44,384 bases of DNA from Rikenellaceae bacterium (GTDB lineage Bacteria > Bacteroidota > Bacteroidia > Bacteroidales > Rikenellaceae), in assembly GCA_044433405.1 (NCBI GenBank), contig JAWXTQ010000001.1, positions 1 to 44,384 on the forward strand, written 5' to 3'. A model generated the notes under the pieces. That model searched no databases, was not told the DNA's origin, and worked only from the letters and a program-made list of their open reading frames with translations. Shown in pieces: positions 29,949-36,390 of this stretch; the stretch's first letter is position 1, and each line of letters begins with the position of its first letter. The translations under genes were made by a program, and so were the position numbers.

Positions 29949-30578
29949 TTACATACCAAGTAGCTCGCAGAGTCGATTATATTGCGCCTCGGTGATAGGA
30001 TCTACTTTCAAACCCAGTACTAACCATAGTCCACTTTGGCAGATCTTCTCGATGGGTGAGTGGTTGCCGAGCCAATTGGATGATGGAGGGCAGCTCGATT
30101 TAATAGTGGCTATAATAGCCGTCTCTAACTCCAAACGCTCCTCTTTGGTCTCGACAGGGAATACAACAAAGGTGAAATGACCCTGCATATACTCTGTAAC
30201 CTCCTTCTCTATTAATTCTTGGCGCTGTGCGTCTATCAAAGATCCATATCGCTCTTTGTTTTTTCGAGAGGTCAGGTCGTAGTTCCACTTTGTGAGGTAA
30301 TCATCGTTTTGTCCATTGAGGATTGCACGCCCTATGTTTTTGCGAAATATACTGCGATCCTTATTTTTTGCGAGAAGATGTTGTTTGATTCGCGAACAGA
30401 GTTGATTATTGCCCGTATGCGTTCCGACACGCACAATACGATCAAGTTCCCCAAACTTCTCACCCTCCTCGAAGAAGATGTAGATTCCATTCTTGGGAAT
30501 GTCGTTAGGGTCAAAGGTGTGGTTGTAGCGAGGTAGATTGTTGAAGAGCTTATGTAGCTCAAGTGCATAATCTTTCAT
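29949..30578 (-). CDS. GIY-YIG-superfamily (T5orf172-like) nuclease-domain protein (island gene H)
   Basis: 209 aa. NGIYIFFEE (GIY), IVRVGTHTG (YIG-like), conserved Arg candidates (SRIKQH, FRKNIGR), and Glu in RLELETAIIA. Assigned by motif only. Confidence 0.6.
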   Translation of the reverse strand: MKDYALELHKLFNNLPRYNHTFDPNDIPKNGIYIFFEEGEKFGELDRIVRVGTHTGNNQLCSRIKQHLLAKNKDRSIFRKNIGRAILNGQNDDYLTKWNYDLTSRKNKERYGSLIDAQRQELIEKEVTEYMQGHFTFVVFPVETKEERLELETAIIATIKSSCPPSSNWLGNHSPIEKICQSGLWLVLGLKVDPITEAQYNRLCELLGM

Positions 30579-30582
30579 TGCG

Positions 30583-30993
30583 TTAGTTTTTAGGGGTTAA
30601 AAATGATAGCTGCCTGCCGATAGACATTCGCTCCATCGGCACATCGCAGTGTTTGAGTTTGGCAAAGATAAACTCTCGGTATTTCATACCTGCTAAGACT
30701 GTGAAGTGGTCATTGTCAAGGTCGCACTCCTCACGCAGGTCGTTCAGCACCCCTTGCGCCCAGAGACGACGATCGTTGACCCCTATCTTGTTTAGTGTCT
30801 TGTTGTATGGCGCAATGACCCGATCAAGGGGCAACAGACCATGCTCCGCCGATAGGATAAAAATCCTGTCTAGATTTAACGACTTTGCATACGCCAGAGC
30901 CTTTTTAAATAGAGGGCTGACGTATAGCTCTTCGGCAGGATGTGGTGTGTCGAGTTTCTTGCTTACGCAGAATATTAAGATAATCTTCTTCAT
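30583..30993 (-). CDS. DUF6884-like small alpha/beta protein (island gene G)
   Basis: 136 aa from Met35 of the track ORF (MKKIILIFCVSKKL...). Pattern C.SKK...PA..LY.SPLF ... ILSAEHGLL ... PYNKTL ... RLWA recalls Pfam DUF6884. The longer N-terminus overlaps the zinc-ribbon ORF in another frame. Confidence 0.6.
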   Translation of the reverse strand: MKKIILIFCVSKKLDTPHPAEELYVSPLFKKALAYAKSLNLDRIFILSAEHGLLPLDRVIAPYNKTLNKIGVNDRRLWAQGVLNDLREECDLDNDHFTVLAGMKYREFIFAKLKHCDVPMERMSIGRQLSFLTPKN

Positions 30994-31060
30994 ACTATAA
31001 TTAATATATACTTTGTGACACAGAGCAGGTATCAGCTGTTCTGTGTCTAAATGTTTGGTA

Positions 31061-31288
31061 TTATACGCGTTTCCACTTACCATCTTCCCAGGCATGTTTT
31101 AATACCTTTGCGTTGCAGTGTTTGCATCTGCAAGCTCCAATTAATGGGTCTTTAGCACAACTTTCGCATATTGTTCCACAATTAGAACAGATGTATTTGT
31201 ACCACTTGTCAAATGGGTTAAGTTTTGAAGCCAAAGACTCGCTTACTACGCCACAGTGTGCGCATTCAAAATCTGATTTTGCCAGAAT
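31061..31288 (-). CDS. Cys-rich zinc-ribbon protein, start codon unresolved (island gene F)
   Basis: A 78-codon open frame (31297..31061) missing from the ORF track because it has no ATG/GTG/TTG near its 5' end. It encodes KLKILAKSDFECAHCG...CSNCGTICESC...CRCKHCN...WEDGKWKRV, with four CxxC-type pairs. The 5' end given here is a possible ATT codon. The opposite-strand 62-aa track ORF has no such features. Confidence 0.5.
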   Translation of the reverse strand: MLAKSDFECAHCGVVSESLASKLNPFDKWYKYICSNCGTICESCAKDPLIGACRCKHCNAKVLKHAWEDGKWKRV

Positions 31289-31313
31289 TTTTAGTTTTTA
31301 GTTAAACATTGGT

Positions 31314-31937
31314 TTATAATCCTAATTTTTTCTTGATATCCTCTTGCGGTTGGTTACTGAGTTCGACACTTTTACGATCACCACCTGGTGTATTTACGAC
31401 TATAGGCTTTACAAACTTAAGCAACTGAGTTGCGAACTCTTTATTGTTGAAAATTTCTAAATAGGTAATGAATTGTTCGAGTAGAGAGTTATATTTTGTT
31501 GCCTCTGTGTTATATTTTTCATTATCAGAATAAGAATAAACGGAACTTTCTGTCAAATCGGGCGCATTGGCAAACTCCACCTTTGTGAGAAATTGAAGAG
31601 TCTTTGTTTTACCTTGACTCTCATATATATCTGACAGTTTTGGCATAAATAACTCAGTAAAGATATTGGCGCATTCCTCCTCTTGAGCGAGGCTATACGC
31701 TTGGTCTATACTTCCTGAATTAAGCAAGAAGGCTATTTGAGCACGGTTAATCTTTTCGTATGCACTATCGTTATATTTCATATTTGCAGCACAGGCTCTA
31801 GCCTCTGTAAAATCACCTTTGCCAATAGCTTGTTGCATCTTAGACTCCCATTCTGCGCTATTATCGCAAGAGGAGAGTATAGTAGCACATAAGATAACCT
31901 GCGCAATCATTAAAATGTTTAATAATCTTTTTTTCAT
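31314..31937 (-). CDS. hypothetical lipoprotein (island gene E)
   Basis: 207 aa. Lipobox (ATILSSC). Helical-looking mature part with no recognised family. Confidence 0.75.
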   Translation of the reverse strand: MKKRLLNILMIAQVILCATILSSCDNSAEWESKMQQAIGKGDFTEARACAANMKYNDSAYEKINRAQIAFLLNSGSIDQAYSLAQEEECANIFTELFMPKLSDIYESQGKTKTLQFLTKVEFANAPDLTESSVYSYSDNEKYNTEATKYNSLLEQFITYLEIFNNKEFATQLLKFVKPIVVNTPGGDRKSVELSNQPQEDIKKKLGL

Positions 31938-32037
31938 TTTATTTGTAGGGTATTAATTGTTGAATTTAGAAACTCCCGACCCATCAAATGGATCCCAATC
32001 GCCAAAGTGTACCACCTTGCGAATCCAAGGCAGGCGC

Positions 32038-32610
32038 TCATAGGCAGCATCTTTTTTGTATTTGTTGAGCAATTCTTTGGCTTGACTCGCTAATCATTTG
32101 CAAGATGTTGCTGTCCGAAATAGAGATTGACGAAATAGCGTTTTGAAGTGCCAACTCTGCGCTGTCACCCACACCCATAACCTCTATCGTTGTTGAGCCA
32201 TATGCATCGCCTGTGATGATATTAGCGACATAAAGCGTTACCGAATATTTTAACATCGTTTTGGGCGGCACAGTTGCGGTGACACTCTCCGAAAGGAGGG
32301 CAAAGATTGGAGCTATAACAATAGTTGGCGAGCCTCCCACGCCGCTTATTCCGCCGCGGGATACTACCTGTAATAGCTTGCTTTGAACAAGAGATTGATT
32401 TGCTTGGGTGAAATCAGTTGGCACCATAACAGAAATTTTCACACCTGTCGATAAAGTATTCTGCTCTTGTGTTGTTGTAGGTCGATAATCAACTTTTGTT
32501 TCGCTCTTTTGTGGAGCAAAGGTTATAGGTGCGCTACTGCTATTGCTGCTGGGCGAGCCTCCGCAACCCACCATAGAGGAGAAAAGGAGTGCGTGTAAAA
32601 TCCTCTTCAT
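32038..32610 (-). CDS. hypothetical lipoprotein with a Ser/Thr-rich linker (island gene D); 3' end may be frameshifted
   Basis: 190 aa. Lipobox (SSMVGCGG). Shares a module with gene C (see findings). An alternative frame stays open from 32093 to a stop at 31955..31953. Confidence 0.7.
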   Translation of the reverse strand: MKRILHALLFSSMVGCGGSPSSNSSSAPITFAPQKSETKVDYRPTTTQEQNTLSTGVKISVMVPTDFTQANQSLVQSKLLQVVSRGGISGVGGSPTIVIAPIFALLSESVTATVPPKTMLKYSVTLYVANIITGDAYGSTTIEVMGVGDSAELALQNAISSISISDSNILQMISESSQRIAQQIQKRCCL

Positions 32611-32617
32611 ATTTCAA

Positions 32618-33757
32618 TTATTTGATTACTATATGTGATGTAGCCAATCCCTGTGAGTTATTAACCACTTGAATTTGGAATATGCTATAGAACTCCTTAC
32701 GGAATTTATCAGCAAAGTCGTATGCGTTGAACTGCTGTCCATCCTCTTGTAGGTTCTCGATACGTACATCCACGAAGTGCATCTCGCTAGTGGTATTTCG
32801 TTGCATTGTAGCGGCACCCATCTTTGCGTTTTGACGTACCCAGTTACGAATCCAATCGCCATAGCTATCGCCATCGGTGTTATACATATCTTGGAGGTTG
32901 ATAGCTGCTCCATTTTGTAGTGACACTGTAAATGTAATCTCTCGACCATTAGTTAAGATGTCAGAGAAGTAGCTCTTAATCTGCGTAGAGAGTTGCGAGA
33001 GATTGTTTTTAATCTCTTGGTTGAGTAACACCGATACATTATTAATATTGTTACTCTCGATTGCTACACCAGGGTTATTGATCGAACCGATTGATTTATT
33101 AGAGAAAGCGTCAAGCAATACAATATTATAGCTTAGTTGCGTATTACTCTCCTCGCGTGATACCATCTTTGTTGAAATATCATAATCGAATTCGATGATG
33201 ATGTCAGGACGAGCGGTGGTCAATAAGAGTGTCTTAGCATCTTTAGCCAATCCATCGGCTGCATCGAGTGCACTTTGATTTTCAAGAGACTTTAGGCTTT
33301 GCTCCAAATCAACGAGTGGATAGCCTGAGTCGCTAAAACTACGCTGAATAGTTGTTATTACCTGCTTGTGATAATCACCAGACAACATAAATGCTTGATA
33401 ATCACGAGAATAAAGCGTCTTTCCCATGGACTGAGAGGTCTTGAGAGCACCATTCTTCTGTAACATATTGTCGCTCGGAATCACCATAATCGTCTGCTTA
33501 GTTTGATTTAGTGTGTTTATCATGGCACCATTGCCAATCTCACGAAATGAAACATTGGTCAATGAATGACCTCCATTAAATATCTGATTCTTAAACATAA
33601 TGCCACCTACAATAATGACAACTGCACCTATAAGGTACTTTAACCATCCACCTTTAAGTGAATGATTCGATGAACGAGTTTTGTGTTTAACAATGTCGGT
33701 CGGTTTTGGTATTACCTTGCGAAGCCTACCGACCTTTTTCTTGGGTGTTGTTACCAT
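32618..33757 (-). CDS. single-pass membrane protein with a basic cytoplasmic N-tail and a large periplasmic domain (island gene C)
   Basis: 379 aa. Lys/Arg-rich residues 1-36, TM WLKYLIGAVVIIVGGIMF, then an about 320-aa extracytoplasmic region. A vague LpoB/DUF6175-like impression only. Confidence 0.75.
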   Translation of the reverse strand: MVTTPKKKVGRLRKVIPKPTDIVKHKTRSSNHSLKGGWLKYLIGAVVIIVGGIMFKNQIFNGGHSLTNVSFREIGNGAMINTLNQTKQTIMVIPSDNMLQKNGALKTSQSMGKTLYSRDYQAFMLSGDYHKQVITTIQRSFSDSGYPLVDLEQSLKSLENQSALDAADGLAKDAKTLLLTTARPDIIIEFDYDISTKMVSREESNTQLSYNIVLLDAFSNKSIGSINNPGVAIESNNINNVSVLLNQEIKNNLSQLSTQIKSYFSDILTNGREITFTVSLQNGAAINLQDMYNTDGDSYGDWIRNWVRQNAKMGAATMQRNTTSEMHFVDVRIENLQEDGQQFNAYDFADKFRKEFYSIFQIQVVNNSQGLATSHIVIK

Positions 33758-33769
33758 GGTTTATTTTTT

Positions 33770-33928
33770 TTACAATTCATATCCCTCACCTCGCTTACGC
33801 ATATGGCTCAGATCTAATCCTTTGGGTTTGCTATTTTCAAAGTTGCGGTTAAACGATTCGGTAAAATTGTATGCGCCTAATGCTGTACGATTTTGTGCCT
33901 TTCCAAACACTTTAATTTTAGTTGCCAT
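33770..33928 (-). CDS. small basic protein, 52 aa (island gene B)
   Basis: Below the ORF-track cutoff. ATG 33928..33926 lies 3 nt after the stop of gene A, and the stop 33772..33770 lies 12 nt before the start of gene C. Sequence: MATKIKVFGKAQNRTALGAYNFTESFNRNFENSKPKGLDLSHMRKRGEGYEL. Confidence 0.5.
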   Translation of the reverse strand: MATKIKVFGKAQNRTALGAYNFTESFNRNFENSKPKGLDLSHMRKRGEGYEL

Positions 33929-33931
33929 AAT

Positions 33932-34294
33932 TTAAAATTTTGTACGAGAAGCCTCCCCAATAGTCATACTGTTTGGAACGAGCTTCTTGCCTGTTATGTC
34001 TTTTATTTGAACGGTTAGTCCGTAATGTTTTTCAAACTCTTTCTCGGCATCGCCTACCTTCATACTTGCTTTAATCCTGAGTCCGTTACCCGAAGTTTTG
34101 ATGTCTGCTGAAACCATTTTGTTTAATTGATTGATAGTTAGGGAGTCATCCGCAAGATGCTTACCTTTGTAGATAAATAGTGACACCCCGAAGTTTGCTT
34201 TGAAATCGGTCGAAATTGTCTTTAATTTCTTGTTTGGCGCAACCGTAAAGTCAGCAGCTTTGAAGTTGTCCATGATTTTGTTTAGTAGACCCAT
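33932..34294 (-). CDS. hypothetical cytoplasmic protein made of two tandem ~45-aa repeats (island gene A)
   Basis: 120 aa from Met33 of the track ORF (MGLLNKIMDNF...). Internal repeat: KLKTISTDFKANFGVSLFIYKGKHLADDSLTINQL versus MKVGDAEKEFEKHYGLTVQIKDITGKKLVPNSMTIGEA. Confidence 0.7.
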   Translation of the reverse strand: MGLLNKIMDNFKAADFTVAPNKKLKTISTDFKANFGVSLFIYKGKHLADDSLTINQLNKMVSADIKTSGNGLRIKASMKVGDAEKEFEKHYGLTVQIKDITGKKLVPNSMTIGEASRTKF

Positions 34295-34381
34295 AGTCGT
34301 TGATATTTTTAATTGTAAACGATTCCTATACTTTACGATTGTCGCATAATAGCATCTATAACTTTTGCTCCAGTTTGACGA

Positions 34382-34789
34382 GTGGTCCAATTATCATACT
34401 ACAATAGAGCATTAGACTCAATATTAGGTGATATAAAAACATCATCGCTATATCTCAATGCCAAGCGCAACATCACCTCACATAACAGCGAACTATTCAC
34501 AGCAATGCGCAACAGCTTCCCTGCGATGTTCTGGATTCACACGGAGAATCTCTATCGCTCAGCAACCGACCCGTTAGCCGATTCACTCCAACACCTAGCT
34601 GCTCCTGAGCTCCCCCTAAACTACACAGAACTAAGCTATATGGAGCAACAAGCTGAAAATAACCGTTATCAAGCAGCAATTAAGGAGTACAAAAAATCAA
34701 CCCTTGAAGTGTGGGCTATAGCCTATCGCAAGCATCACAATCTCTCTCCACTCACAGCTGAACTTCTCGAATATTTTTCTTCGAAGTAA
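34382..34789 (+). CDS. hypothetical ORF divergent from the island operon (doubtful)
   Basis: 135-aa ORF with a GTG start (an internal ATG at 34505 gives 94 aa). No motifs. Composition resembles the island. Confidence 0.3.
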   Translation: MVQLSYYNRALDSILGDIKTSSLYLNAKRNITSHNSELFTAMRNSFPAMFWIHTENLYRSATDPLADSLQHLAAPELPLNYTELSYMEQQAENNRYQAAIKEYKKSTLEVWAIAYRKHHNLSPLTAELLEYFSSK

Positions 34790-34931
34790 TGGATTAAGGT
34801 GAATTCTTTGCGGTTTGTAACTGGAACGGGAGTTACGGAGTCTTACAAGACCCGCCTTAGTTAAAAGCAACCTAACCAAAGTCGCTCAAAATAGGCTATT
34901 TCATCAATTTTTTGAATAAATTTAGGTAATA

Positions 34932-34963
34932 TTTGTATGTTTATAAAATAGTTATTATATTTG
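34932..34963 (+). promoter_or_regulatory. trp operon promoter (-33 TTTG 34932-34935; -7 TATATTTG 34956-34963)
   Basis: Both boxes are present with 20-nt spacing, 21 nt upstream of the leader-peptide ATG. Confidence 0.6.
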
Positions 34964-34983
34964 CCGAGTAATAACAGAAGATA

Positions 34984-35049
34984 ATGACAACTTTTATTTT
35001 AAATAACTATTGGTGGCGTGGCTTACAAATTGATGAATTCGTAAGTTAG
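34984..35049 (+). CDS. trpL: trp operon leader peptide (21 aa) with tandem Trp codons
   Basis: ATG ACA ACT TTT ATT TTA AAT AAC TAT TGG TGG CGT GGC TTA CAA ATT GAT GAA TTC GTA AGT TAG = MTTFILNNYWWRGLQIDEFVS. Trp codons at 35011-35016. Confidence 0.7.
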   Translation: MTTFILNNYWWRGLQIDEFVS

Positions 35050-35089
35050 TGCAGCTGTGTATATTTAAGTGAAAGTTTTATATAGTACA

Positions 35090-35125
35090 AAGAGGTCTGT
35101 CGCGCTTGCGGTAGACCTCTTTTTT
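35090..35125 (+). terminator. trp attenuator terminator
   Basis: A 15-bp stem (AAGAGGTCTGTCGC / loop GCTT / GCGGTAGACCTCTT, including two G-U pairs) followed by a T-run, 35 nt upstream of the trpB ATG. Confidence 0.85.
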
Positions 35126-35160
35126 CGTTTGATTTTTTAAAAATATAATAAATAAATATA

Positions 35161-36357
35161 ATGAGTAAATTTAATGTTGATGACCAAGGGTACTATGGTG
35201 AGTTTGGAGGTGCTTATATACCCGAAATACTCTATGCTACAGTAGAGAATTTAAAAAACAACTACCTGCAAATAATTGAGAGCGAGAGCTTTCAACAAGA
35301 GTATCACTCTCTGCTTAGAGATTATGTTGGGCGACCTTCACCTCTATACCATGCTAAACACCTTAGTGAGCTTTATGGTGCAAAGATATATCTTAAACGT
35401 GAGGATTTAAACCACACTGGAGCACACAAAATCAATAATACTGTTGGGCAGATATTGATTGCTCAGAAGATGGGGAAAACCAAAATTATTGCCGAAACTG
35501 GAGCAGGGCAACACGGTGTTGCAACAGCTACTGTATGTGCCTTAATGGGGTTAGAATGCATGGTGTTTATGGGTAAAACCGACATCGAACGCCAGATGCC
35601 AAATGTTAAGAAGATGGAGATGCTTGGGGCTACGGTTGTGTCAGTAACTTCAGGAAATATGACATTGAAAGATGCTACTAATGATGCTATTAGATATTGG
35701 TGTTCACACCCTAGCGACACTTTTTATATTATTGGCTCTACGGTTGGACCTCACCCTTATCCCGACATGGTAGCTAGACTTCAATCGGTGATAAGTAGCG
35801 AAATTAAGAGTCAAATGATGGAGAAAGAGGGAAGAGAGTATCCTGATAGATTGATTGCATGTGTTGGTGGTGGCAGCAATGCTGCTGGTACAATATTTCA
35901 CTTTCTAGATAATGAGAAGGTTAAAATTAGTCTAGTTGAGGCTGATGGATTAGGATATAAAGATAAGAGTGCTGCTACAATGAAATTTGGAACTCAAGGC
36001 ATTATTCATGGAGCAAAAACAATGTTGATGCAGGATGAAGATGGACAAATCACTGAGCCGTATTCTATCTCGGCAGGGCTTGATTATCCAGGTGTTGGGC
36101 CTATACATGCTCACCTAGCTACAACTCACCGCTCAGAGGTTCTCTCTGTAACCGATGATGAGGCTCTAAAGGCTGCATTCTTGCTCACTAGAATTGAGGG
36201 TATAATACCTGCACTTGAGAGTTCGCATGCGCTTGGAGCACTGCCTAAAATCGAGTTTAAAGAGGGAGAAATAGTGGTTTTAACTCTATCAGGGCGAGGA
36301 GATAAAGATATGGATACGTATATCAGAGAATCAGATAGGATTAATTCGTTAGCTTAA
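35161..36357 (+). CDS. trpB: tryptophan synthase beta chain
   Basis: 398 aa. PLP-Lys motif HTGAHKINN, GGGSNA and the other TrpB blocks. Confidence 0.95.
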   Translation: MSKFNVDDQGYYGEFGGAYIPEILYATVENLKNNYLQIIESESFQQEYHSLLRDYVGRPSPLYHAKHLSELYGAKIYLKREDLNHTGAHKINNTVGQILIAQKMGKTKIIAETGAGQHGVATATVCALMGLECMVFMGKTDIERQMPNVKKMEMLGATVVSVTSGNMTLKDATNDAIRYWCSHPSDTFYIIGSTVGPHPYPDMVARLQSVISSEIKSQMMEKEGREYPDRLIACVGGGSNAAGTIFHFLDNEKVKISLVEADGLGYKDKSAATMKFGTQGIIHGAKTMLMQDEDGQITEPYSISAGLDYPGVGPIHAHLATTHRSEVLSVTDDEALKAAFLLTRIEGIIPALESSHALGALPKIEFKEGEIVVLTLSGRGDKDMDTYIRESDRINSLA

Positions 36358-36390
36358 AACAATAATATTCATCATTAAAACAGTATAGTT

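Noticed and set aside
29905-30568. Overlapping ORFs within gene H (29905..30180 plus, 30100..30288 minus, 30219..30536 plus, 30332..30568 minus)
   Set aside because: They are alternative frames of the GIY-YIG-like CDS. None shows motifs, and the elevated GC here inflates spurious ORF length.
31113-31301. 62-aa plus-strand ORF with an ATG start
   Set aside because: It is antisense to the multi-CxxC zinc-ribbon frame. It has no motifs and runs opposite to the otherwise uniform minus-strand operon. Kept as the less likely alternative, but not excluded.
34497-34879. Two 60-aa minus-strand ORFs upstream of the island operon (34497..34679 and 34697..34879)
   Set aside because: They sit at the minimum length, are Arg/Leu/Ser-rich with no motifs, and overlap the equally doubtful plus-strand ORF at 34382..34789.
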